Positions 52,531 to 60,557 of a stretch of DNA of 64,000 bases are shown here, piece by piece. The DNA is from an uncultured Actinomycetota bacterium (GTDB lineage: Bacteria > Actinomycetota > Acidimicrobiia > Spongiisociales > UBA4744): NCBI GenBank assembly GCA_963718995.1, contig CAVRAP010000008.1:1236-65235 (forward strand), given 5' to 3'. Position 1 is the first letter of the stretch; each line of letters begins with the position of its first letter. Made by a program: the position numbers and the translations under genes. The notes beneath the pieces are model-generated. The model had not been told where the DNA came from and did no database searches. It saw only the letters and a program-made list of their open reading frames with translations.

Positions 52531-52640
52531 AAGATGAGTTCGCAGAAGCATACCCTCGGTCGATCGATGGTCAACATGCGGGGTTTTCGTTTACTCCGGG
52601 GTCGACTACCTTTAGCGAGCAAACCCCTCGTGGGGATTGT

Positions 52641-52715
52641 GCGCCCGTAGCTCAATTTGGATAGAGCGTCTGACTACGGATCAGGAGGTTGGGGGTTCGA
52701 GTCCCTCCGGGCGTG
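52641..52715 (+). tRNA. tRNA-Arg (anticodon ACG)
   Basis: GCGCCCGTAGCTCAATTTGGATAGAGCGTCTGACTACGGATCAGGAGGTTGGGGGTTCGAGTCCCTCCGGGCGTG; anticodon loop CTACGGA. Confidence 0.9.
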
Positions 52716-52912
52716 CGCCGTTCGCTGCGCTCACGAACCGAGTTCGGCTTCGCCGAACATCGCCTTGCGTGGGCTTTGCGTTGTCAATCTCCGATGGCGC
52801 TGCGGGGTTTCGGTCATCTCCCGCCGAGTTCCAGGCTGCCTGGCCGGCGACCCGGGCAGGTGGCTGGTCATCTCGCACAGGACGTACCCATCCCCGGTCC
52901 TACACTCCTGTG

Positions 52913-54160
52913 ATGCCCAATTCGTCCGCTGTTCCTGCGCGCTCCTTTGTGGGGTGGCGGATTCTTGCCTTGGCTGTTCTGACCGCCGCGTTGACCGGTC
53001 CGGGTCAGACCATCGGGGTCTCCGTCTTCGTTGACTCCTTCATCCAGGATCTCGACTTGCAGAGATCAGCGGTGGCCGCTGCCTATCTCATCGGAACACT
53101 GGCCGCTGCGCTTGCCTTGCCGACAGTGGGGCGCCGCATCGACTCGCTCGGCGTGCGCCGGGGCATGACGATCATTGGATCTGCCTTTGTATTGGCTCTC
53201 ATCCTGATGTCACGGGTGTCAGGGTTCGTAACCCTGACGGCCGGATTTGTGCTGATCCGCATGCTGGGTCAGGGTTCGTTGTCGTTGGTCTCGACCGTGG
53301 CGGTGACCCTGTGGTTCGAGAGGCACCGCGGTCTAGTACTCGGAGTCCTGGCCACCGGATCAGGCATGCTCATGACCTTGGTCCCGATCGGTTCGAACGC
53401 TCTCATCGACTCCATCGGTTGGCGATCCGCCTGGTTGGTGCTTGCCGGTGTCGTGGCGCTGACCGTGGTTCCCATCGGATGGTTCGGCATGATCGACAGG
53501 CCCTCCGACCGAGGCCTCGCTCCCTACGGCGTGAAATCGTCGGACTCGACCGAAAGGCGCAGCGTTCGCCGGTCGTTCACTCGGCCCGAAGCCGTGCGGA
53601 CTGCCCGATTCTGGATCCTCGTTGCGGGTTCTACGTCGGCTGGCATGCTCATCACCGCCCTGAACTTCCACCAGATCTCGCTGCTCGGGGACGCCGGCCT
53701 CACGACCGCCGAGGCGGCCGCTATGTTTCTCCCCCAGTTCGTCGGTACGGCCATGGCCGGGATCGCCTTCGGGTGGATCAGCGACAGGCTGACCGGTCGC
53801 ACGCTCATTCCGTTAGTCATGGCGGTTCTCGCGATCACCTTGCTCCTGGCGGGGACACTGACCGATGGCCCAATCGTCCTGGTCTATGCCCTCTTGCTCG
53901 GCGCCACGGGCGGAGCCTCCCGGAGTGTTGGGAGCACATTGATGCCCCGCTGGTTCGGCGTCGACCACATCGGGTCGATCACGGGATTGGCAACGCTGGT
54001 CTCGGTGGCCGGCACGGCGGTCGGCCCTGTCGCGTACTCGCTGGCCCGGGACGTGACCGGTACCTACACCACGGTTTCTCTGGTCATGGTTTCTGTGCCG
54101 CTGCTGGTCGCCTTGGCAGCCATCGCCGCCGGGCAAAGGATGACGGCCGGAGCCGGGTAG
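52913..54160 (+). CDS. MFS transporter (12 TM)
   Basis: Twelve predicted helices, MFS motif A-like GRRIDSLGVRRG; ATG at 52913; the longer track ORF overlaps the tRNA and is rejected. Confidence 0.8.
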   Translation: MPNSSAVPARSFVGWRILALAVLTAALTGPGQTIGVSVFVDSFIQDLDLQRSAVAAAYLIGTLAAALALPTVGRRIDSLGVRRGMTIIGSAFVLALILMSRVSGFVTLTAGFVLIRMLGQGSLSLVSTVAVTLWFERHRGLVLGVLATGSGMLMTLVPIGSNALIDSIGWRSAWLVLAGVVALTVVPIGWFGMIDRPSDRGLAPYGVKSSDSTERRSVRRSFTRPEAVRTARFWILVAGSTSAGMLITALNFHQISLLGDAGLTTAEAAAMFLPQFVGTAMAGIAFGWISDRLTGRTLIPLVMAVLAITLLLAGTLTDGPIVLVYALLLGATGGASRSVGSTLMPRWFGVDHIGSITGLATLVSVAGTAVGPVAYSLARDVTGTYTTVSLVMVSVPLLVALAAIAAGQRMTAGAG

Positions 54161-54327
54161 CGAGTCTGTTACCCATGCTGCACCAGTGGTTGGTGGAGCG
54201 GGTGGTCACGTGGGTGGCCCGCTGGTCAGGGGTCGACAGGCCGTTTGAGTGAGGAACTCGGTCGAAACGGAATCCCCCTCGCTGGTGTGCCCGCCGCAGC
54301 CGTCAAGGTCCGTGTACGGATGTTTCC

Positions 54328-55735
54328 TTAGGGTTGCCGGAAAGGGACGGAGTCGGCGATCGGCAAAGAGATCCGGACTGTTGCGCCCCCGCCGGGCGTG
54401 CCGGTGATGGCGACGTCACCCTGGTGCGATGAGACAACCTCGCGGACGATGGCCAGTCCGAGGCCGGCGCCTCCCTTGGTTCGGTCCCGGCCCCGATCCG
54501 GTCGTGCGAATCGGTCGAACACCAACTCGCGTTCGGATTCGGCTATCCCCGGTCCATGGTCGGCGACGGTGATGTGAGCGTGGGCATCGGTGCGATGCGC
54601 CTCCAGCTCAATCGGGGTAGACGCTCCGCCGTAGGCGACGGCGTTGGTGATGAGGTTTTCGATGGCCTGCCGCAACCAGACGGGATCGGCGTCGACCATG
54701 ATTGATCCGTCGGTGTCGACACGGATGTCGCAACCGGTGGAGATACGCATATCCTCGGCGATGTCCTTCACGAGGGCGCCGACATCCAGGCGCTCACGGC
54801 CGGAGCCGATCTCTCGATCGAGGCGGGCGAGCGCCAGCAGATCTTCAATCAACCGCCCGGCGCGATGGCTGGCTTCATTGATACGTTCCATCGCCCGATC
54901 GAGCTTCGGGCCCGGCTCCACCCCGCCTTCGGCGTAGAGCTCGGCGTATCCGGTGATGGCTGCAATCGGCGTCCGCAGCTCGTGGGAGGCATCGTCGGCA
55001 AAGCGGCGGAGGCGCTCGGCCTCGCGCAGGCGGTCCCGGTCGGCGCTCTCGATACGGGCGAGCATGTGGTCGAGTGCCGTCGCCAGTCTTCCGAGCTCGG
55101 TACTTGACTGGACCAGGTCGGCCCTTTTCGTGAGGTCACCCTCGGCGATGGCGCCGGCGGTGTCGATCATGTCGTCGACCGGTCGGAATCCTCTTCTGAG
55201 CAGCAACCACGCGACCGTGATTCCCGCCAGCGCCGCCATCAAGCTGACGGCCAGCGAGATCAAGACCGTTTGGCGGGCCGCCAAGTCCACTGAGTCCAGG
55301 GACCGGGCGAGCAGCTCATATCCATCGGGGCTCTCCCGGACCAAGGCGCGCACCGATCCCGAACCATCGATTGTCGCCCAGCGTGACGAAGGTTCCGGCG
55401 CTTCCACCCAGGTCTGCCTCGGTCAGATTGCTCACGTCCGGCAGGGGTTCAGGCTCGTCGGCGTACCCGGCGGGCTGTTCGAAGACGACCTCGCCATTCT
55501 GGTTGAAGCGAATCAGAGCGAAAGGTTGGAAGGGCTCGTCGCCGGGGGCGGGCACGGCCGGACTGGGACCGGGACCGGGTCGGGTGGAGAAGGCCAGCAG
55601 GTCTTCGTCCACCCGATCGATGAGAACCCGTCTGGTCGTCAGCGAAACGGCGGCGGCGATAGAGGCGCTGACAATGAGGATGATGAGCCCGACCACGATG
55701 GTCAGGCGACGCCGCAGCGTCCACGGCCGGCTCAT
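54328..55735 (-). CDS. two-component sensor histidine kinase (TM sensor, HAMP, HisKA, HATPase); one apparent frameshift between 55316 and 55407
   Basis: N-terminal TM plus sensor in ORF 55316..55756, remainder in ORF 54328..55407 (H-box DDASHELRTPIAAITGYAEL; N, G1, G2 boxes); ATGA overlap with the response regulator stop. Confidence 0.8.
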
Positions 55736-56424
55736 GGACCGGAGGAGCGCAGGCAATAGCCGAACCCGCGCACGGTGTGGATGAGCTTGGGACGGCCTTC
55801 GTCGACCTTCTTGCGGAGCTGTGACACCGCGGTCTCGATCACCGAGTCGCTGTACTCGTACCCCCAGACGGCTTCCAGGATCTGCGCCCGGGACAGGACT
55901 TGTTCGGCGTTCGCCAGGAGGTAGCGGAGCAAACGGTATTCGACCGGCGAAAGGCTGATTTCGTCGTCTCCCCGCGACACGCGATGCTGCGCATCGTTCA
56001 GGACCAGATCGGCACAGATCAGCTCGATCGTTGGCCGCCGGATTCCGCCGCTACGCCGCAGGAGGGCCTCCACCCGCAACCGCAGTTCCTCCAGCCTGAA
56101 CGGCTTCGTGAGGTAGTCATCGCCGCCGGCCTCAAACCCGGCTCGCAGGTCCTCGATGTTGGATCGGGCGGTGAGGAACAGCACCGGCAGGTCCGGGTCG
56201 GTGCTGCGCAAGCTCCTGGCCACCTGAAAGCCGTCGGGTTCTGGCATGTTGACGTCCAGAATCACCAGGTCCGGCCGCTGAGTTCGCACGGTGTTGAGGG
56301 CTGCGAGGCCGTCGGTCGCTACCACGATGTCGTACCCGGCGAAGCTCAGCGCGTCGCTGACCATGTCGAGCAGCATCTGCTCGTCGTCCACAACGAGGAT
56401 CTGTGCCTTGGCAGCATCGGTCAT
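55732..56424 (-). CDS. OmpR/PhoB-family response regulator
   Basis: Receiver domain (ILVVDDE, phospho-acceptor D in LVILDVNMP, K in YLTKPF) plus winged-helix trans_reg_C. Confidence 0.85.
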   Translation of the reverse strand: MTDAAKAQILVVDDEQMLLDMVSDALSFAGYDIVVATDGLAALNTVRTQRPDLVILDVNMPEPDGFQVARSLRSTDPDLPVLFLTARSNIEDLRAGFEAGGDDYLTKPFRLEELRLRVEALLRRSGGIRRPTIELICADLVLNDAQHRVSRGDDEISLSPVEYRLLRYLLANAEQVLSRAQILEAVWGYEYSDSVIETAVSQLRKKVDEGRPKLIHTVRGFGYCLRSSGP

Positions 56425-56499
56425 CGCCACAACTCTAGGGTCGCCGGCTGCGTCCCCTTCATCGTTCGGTAGCGATCGCGATCGGCCAAACATCCCGGC

Positions 56500-57945
56500 C
56501 TACCTCTCGACCACGGTCTCGAGGAACGCCATCCGATCAGCGACCCATTGACGTTTCGCCGCTGCGGCTCTTTCGAGCTCGGTATCGGTCACGAACTGCC
56601 GGTCGGCATTGCTTGTAACCAGTAGCCCCGAGTACTCGTCGATGAGATCGGCGACGCCATCACCCGCAAACAGGATCTCGTAGAGCTCGGCGTAGCGCTG
56701 CTCGTAGGCAGCCAGGAACGAGTCGGTGGCCAGGAACCGATCGACCAGGGGGTTGTTGTAGTCGAAGGTCACGTCACCACCACCGACTCCGGGCTCATTG
56801 GCGATCCCGTCGAGGGGTGGGCCACCTCCTCCCGGCCCTGCCGGCCTCTCGCCGCCCGCACCATCTGCACCGCCGGCGCCGGATCCGGTGAGGTTGCTCC
56901 AATCTGGCAGCAACACGGTGCTGGGTTCGGTCGAGGCCATCCAGAAGCCGCCGAAGCTCTCGTTGAGGTCCCAGGCCAACACCGTGGACCGGTCATCACC
57001 GGCGTCGTACCACAGGTAGTAGTTGTTGCCGTTCCCGGGCATCGAATCGACGCTGACCAGCAGGTTGTTGACGGCGACGTAGTTCACGAACGATTCGATG
57101 TCGAGCCAGTCCTCCAGCTCGGCCTCGAACTCCTCGTCGGTGGAGGTGTCGACGAACTCGAGGAAGTCGATCAACGGCTCCAGATCCGCCTCATTCGTGG
57201 CGGTCTCCTGGGTGAAGGCGCCTTCATAGGCGGTCGGGTCGTGGCCGAGATAGGTGAACGAGTCCCCCGATTGGGCCTTGTAGAGCACTCCGTCATCGTC
57301 GAAGAGCCGTTCGACGTAGCCGTTGTCGAGGAGTTCGACCACCACCCGCAGGGTCTCGGCTTCACCGTTGATGGAGAGCCCGGTGTAGCTCGTCCCGGGG
57401 AACGGCAGTCCGGCGATCTCGAGGACCTCGGCGGTCACCATCTCCTCGAGAATCAGTTCATCTCCCCGGGGTCCCTCGGTGCGGAGGGCCAGTTCCGAGA
57501 ACCCCTGATAGGTGACGCCCGAGGTGTACTCGTCCAGCTTCACCAGAAACGGAATGTCGTCGGGGTCGGCACCGCCCTGCAGCGCCGTGCGGAGCGTCGA
57601 GTTTCCCTTGATGCGCACTCCGACGTCTTCGATGGTGACGCCGTCGATGGTGATGTCGGCGAGGAAATACTCCTTCTCACCGGTCTGTGTGTAGATGGTG
57701 ATGGCGGCCTCTAGATCGGACTGATCGAAGTCGAGCGCGATCGTGTGCACCACGGAGTCGTCGAATAGGTCAACAACATTGGTGTAGTCGACGCCAACGC
57801 TGGTGGATGACCCCGCCTCGTTGTCGCCTCCTGTACCTACATAGGCAATGATGCGCGTCTGGCCGCCCACCAGTGCCAGGGTCACCGCCAGCGCCACCAT
57901 GCCCAGCGGGATCTTCCAATGTCTGCGCCACCTTGTGCTCATCAT
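56500..57945 (-). CDS. CotH-family protein (atypical secreted kinase fold) with signal peptide and Gly-rich low-complexity insert
   Basis: Signal peptide MMSTRWRRHWKIPLGMVALAVTLALVGG; CotH motifs NNYYLWYD and WDLNESFGG. Confidence 0.75.
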   Translation of the reverse strand: MMSTRWRRHWKIPLGMVALAVTLALVGGQTRIIAYVGTGGDNEAGSSTSVGVDYTNVVDLFDDSVVHTIALDFDQSDLEAAITIYTQTGEKEYFLADITIDGVTIEDVGVRIKGNSTLRTALQGGADPDDIPFLVKLDEYTSGVTYQGFSELALRTEGPRGDELILEEMVTAEVLEIAGLPFPGTSYTGLSINGEAETLRVVVELLDNGYVERLFDDDGVLYKAQSGDSFTYLGHDPTAYEGAFTQETATNEADLEPLIDFLEFVDTSTDEEFEAELEDWLDIESFVNYVAVNNLLVSVDSMPGNGNNYYLWYDAGDDRSTVLAWDLNESFGGFWMASTEPSTVLLPDWSNLTGSGAGGADGAGGERPAGPGGGGPPLDGIANEPGVGGGDVTFDYNNPLVDRFLATDSFLAAYEQRYAELYEILFAGDGVADLIDEYSGLLVTSNADRQFVTDTELERAAAAKRQWVADRMAFLETVVER

Positions 57946-57951
57946 GTTCTC

Positions 57952-58635
57952 CTACAGATCAGAGCTGCCGTATCCCGTGAGCAGCGTCACCTTCTGGTTC
58001 TCGTTGAGGCGCTTGATCTCAGCCAGGAAGGCTTGCCGGTTGGTCGATGGTTTCAGGGCGATGGCGTACACCACCTCGGTCAACATCCCGCCGCGGACCG
58101 AATCGACGCTCACCAATTCGGCCCGTTCGGTGTTCCTGGTCAGGAGGTCGTCGAGCACCGTCTCGAAGGGGATGTCATTGGTGACCTGCACCTTCAGCAT
58201 CTGGGAGACGCTGGTGCGGTCATACCAGTTGAACCTGCTCATCAGCATCACAACCATCGAGATGACGGCGGTGGCGATGATGGCCAGCAGGTAGAAGCGG
58301 GTGCCGGCGGCCATGCCGATGGCCATGGCAAAGAACACGAATCCGACATCGCGGGTCTCTTTGATCGCATTGCGGAACCGGATGATGGAAAGCGCACCGA
58401 CCAGCGAAAAGGCCCGGGCGATGTTCGAGCCAACTACCAGCATGATGACACTGACGATCATTCCCATCAGTACCAGGGTCTGCACGTAGCTCTTCGTGTA
58501 CGACGCTCCCTCGTGGGTGCGCATGTACACCCACCCGACGATGGCCGTGAGCACAAAGCTCAGGACCATGCTGATCACTACATCCGCCACCGTGAAGGTG
58601 CTGGTCAGGTCCTCGAACAGAAATAGCTCATCCAT
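57952..58635 (-). CDS. DUF4956-family integral membrane protein
   Basis: Three or four TM helices and the conserved LVGALSIIRFRNAIKETRDVGFVFFAMAIGMAAG segment. Confidence 0.75.
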   Translation of the reverse strand: MDELFLFEDLTSTFTVADVVISMVLSFVLTAIVGWVYMRTHEGASYTKSYVQTLVLMGMIVSVIMLVVGSNIARAFSLVGALSIIRFRNAIKETRDVGFVFFAMAIGMAAGTRFYLLAIIATAVISMVVMLMSRFNWYDRTSVSQMLKVQVTNDIPFETVLDDLLTRNTERAELVSVDSVRGGMLTEVVYAIALKPSTNRQAFLAEIKRLNENQKVTLLTGYGSSDL

Positions 58636-59433
58636 GGGTTCTTACCTTTCGTAGGTTCAGTCGTTGGTCGTCAAAGAAGAAAATCGAGCGGGGGGTCAGT
58701 TCGGCCGCTTCGAGGCTCTGGCAATACTTCGAGATCCGGATCAGCTCGCAGTCGTGGCGGGCAACCAGCTCGGTCAGCCAGAAGGGGATGCGTTCATTGA
58801 CCTTGACCTCCATGACCTCCCACGAAGGGTTGATGGCCGGCAGGCCCGGCCCGGGAGAGGTCAGGTCGAGGTCCCGGGAGCGGTACCGGATGTCTTTGTC
58901 GAAGGTGACCCGGAGGCCTGGATCGGGCTCCCGGCCCACGTACGCCTCTCTCTCGTAGAGCGTGATCACCGCCCGCCGTAAGTCGTAGTACAGGGTCATG
59001 GAGGCAATCTCGTCATAGGTGGCCGTGTCCCTCGGGTCATGTGGGGGGACGATCCCGGAACCACACAGCGCCAGCGCCTCGGCGAGTGGCGCGACGATGC
59101 GCCGTTTCTGGGTCACCCGATTGACCCGCTGCTTGATCTCGGCGAACACCATGGTCGATGGCTCCGGAGCCGGGTCGTAGGAGCGGATTCTGAGCTTCCG
59201 ACGGAACTTGATCCCGTCGAGTTTTTCCCAATAGAACCGGTGGTCTTCGGTGTCGTAGTACAACGATGCCAACGGATACGAACCGGTCGGTCCTGCGTGC
59301 GGGTCGAGGTCGACGTAGTGCACCAAGTCATCCCGAAAGGCGTTCGCCTGGTCCGACGTCAACAGATATTTGAGCTCGAACCGGTTGAACGACCGCACCG
59401 CGCTCGTCGGGTTGGGGTTGATGCTCAGGTGCG
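58590..59433. repeat. copy A of a >=844-bp near-identical direct repeat (partner at 63157..64000)
   Basis: Covers the first 15 codons of the DUF4956 gene plus most of the VTC gene; one nucleotide difference seen (58682 A versus 63249 G, synonymous). Confidence 0.85.
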
Positions 59434-59476
59434 GTTGGGGTTTCTGGCGCGTCGTCATGCCACCACTGTCCACCAC
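58628..59476 (-). CDS. VTC-domain (CYTH-like triphosphate tunnel, polyphosphate-polymerase-domain) protein
   Basis: Hallmark FNRFELKYLL start, YYDT, FAEIKQR, EVKVNE motifs of PF09359; start could be ATG 59476, ATG 59458 or GTG 59431. Confidence 0.8.
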   Translation of the reverse strand: MVDSGGMTTRQKPQPHLSINPNPTSAVRSFNRFELKYLLTSDQANAFRDDLVHYVDLDPHAGPTGSYPLASLYYDTEDHRFYWEKLDGIKFRRKLRIRSYDPAPEPSTMVFAEIKQRVNRVTQKRRIVAPLAEALALCGSGIVPPHDPRDTATYDEIASMTLYYDLRRAVITLYEREAYVGREPDPGLRVTFDKDIRYRSRDLDLTSPGPGLPAINPSWEVMEVKVNERIPFWLTELVARHDCELIRISKYCQSLEAAELTPRSIFFFDDQRLNLRKVRTHG

Positions 59477-59611
59477 GCAACTGGTGGCCCCCCAAGCGCA
59501 AGCTCAGCGTTCCCTCACGATCGTGAATCGAGCGCGGTATCCAAAAGGAACGCCACGGTCGGTTCAACCTGGGAAGCGCCCCCGCCGGGAGCCAAGTTGG
59601 GAGCCATTCGC

Positions 59612-59700
59612 AGTGGACCTGTGTGGACGGCTGTGGACGCCGGTGAAATCGAAAGCCTTTCATTTCGGGCTGTGTGGACGTCTGTGGACGTCTGTGGACG
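59612..59700. promoter_or_regulatory. two clusters of three 10-bp-phased direct repeats (TGTGGACG; CGTCCACAGA on the operon strand) upstream of the VTC operon
   Basis: Units at 59612 (variant AGTGGACC), 59622, 59632 and at 59673, 59683, 59693; phasing typical of OmpR/PhoB-family tandem half-sites; also resembles the DnaA box (CGTCCACA versus TTGTCCACA). Confidence 0.5.
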
Positions 59701-59715
59701 CTGCTTGGAGATCTG

Positions 59716-59755
59716 CGGATCAGGAGGTTGGGGGTTCGAGTCCCTCCGGGCGTGC
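59716..59755 (+). repeat. 40-bp exact copy of the tRNA-Arg 3' half (anticodon loop to acceptor stem); attR-like
   Basis: cggatcaggaggttgggggttcgagtccctccgggcgtgc identical to 52677-52716. Confidence 0.8.
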
Positions 59756-60059
59756 TAGTGAAACCCCTGCGAGAGCGGGGGTTTCGTCGCGAGCAGGGGT
59801 TGGCTCCCGGAAGCAGGTGGACCTTGGGAGCCTTTCTCCATCTGAGGCGGCTTTCGCTTCGAGGTTGCGGCTTGGTGAAGCGTGATATATGCGGATGCGT
59901 GAAGACGCTATTCCCGCCCGGGATCGGCCGTTTCGCCGAGCGACCGGACAATCTTGCGAGCCTCCTCGCCCCGAAGGGATTGAGACACGATCTTGGGCGT
60001 AATGTTGTTCGTGTTCAGGTTTTGGCCGCATTCGCTCCCTGTATAAGTGGAGGATCAGA

Positions 60060-60557
60060 GTGGTCGAGGCGCTCAACCGGGAGATCAACGTTTCGAGAGG
60101 GTCGGAACTCGATGGTTTCGACCGGCTGTATAGAGAACAGGCATCTCGCTTGTGGCGGGCGCTTACCGCGTACACGGGCAGTCGCGACGTGGCACAGGAT
60201 GCGGTCGCTGAGGCTTTCGCGCAAGCGATTGCGCGCGGCGGAGAGATTCATTCACCGCTGCAGTGGGTGTGGAAGTCCGCATATCGAATCGCAGCTGGTG
60301 AGCTGAAGCGACGTGGAGCATTCACCGAGTTGGTGACCGATCATCCGACGACGGCAGACGAACCAGCGTCGGAGGTTCGAGCGGCGTTGATGAAGCTGTC
60401 GCCGATGCAGCGCTCGGCGGTGGTGTTGCACTACTACGCGGGTTATCCGGCTGCCGAGATCGCCCGAATCACCGGCTCGACCGCCGCTGCAGTGTGGGTG
60501 CACTTGAGTCGGGGACGGCGCCACATGGCCCAGTTGCTGGAGGTAGACGATGACTGA
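60060..60557 (+). CDS. ECF sigma factor
   Basis: Region 2 (DVAQDAVAEAFAQA) and region 4 (LSPMQRSAVVLHYYAGYPAAEIARITGSTAAAVWVHLSRGRRHM); GTG start with SD GGAGGA. Confidence 0.8.
   Translation: MVEALNREINVSRGSELDGFDRLYREQASRLWRALTAYTGSRDVAQDAVAEAFAQAIARGGEIHSPLQWVWKSAYRIAAGELKRRGAFTELVTDHPTTADEPASEVRAALMKLSPMQRSAVVLHYYAGYPAAEIARITGSTAAAVWVHLSRGRRHMAQLLEVDDD

Larger units (their letters stand above)
52717..59755. mobile_element. putative tRNA-Arg-associated genomic island (~7 kb) bounded by a 40-bp direct repeat of the tRNA 3' half; no integrase detected
   Basis: tRNA positions 52677-52716 are repeated exactly at 59716-59755 (44 bp with one mismatch); cargo is an MFS transporter, a two-component system and a CotH/DUF4956/VTC operon. 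Confidence 0.45.

Noticed and set aside
59612-59700. The TGTGGACG arrays as a chromosomal or secondary oriC
   Set aside because: The bona fide oriC with AT-rich DUE is at 12.2 kb. No AT-rich unwinding element or initiator gene lies adjacent. The regular 10-bp phasing fits a response-regulator operator or arm sites better.
52717-59715. Search for an integrase or excisionase within the tRNA-Arg-bounded segment
   Set aside because: All ORFs of length are accounted for (MFS, HK, RR, CotH, DUF4956, VTC). No tyrosine recombinase R..HxxR..Y signature or small Xis-like HTH ORF was seen.
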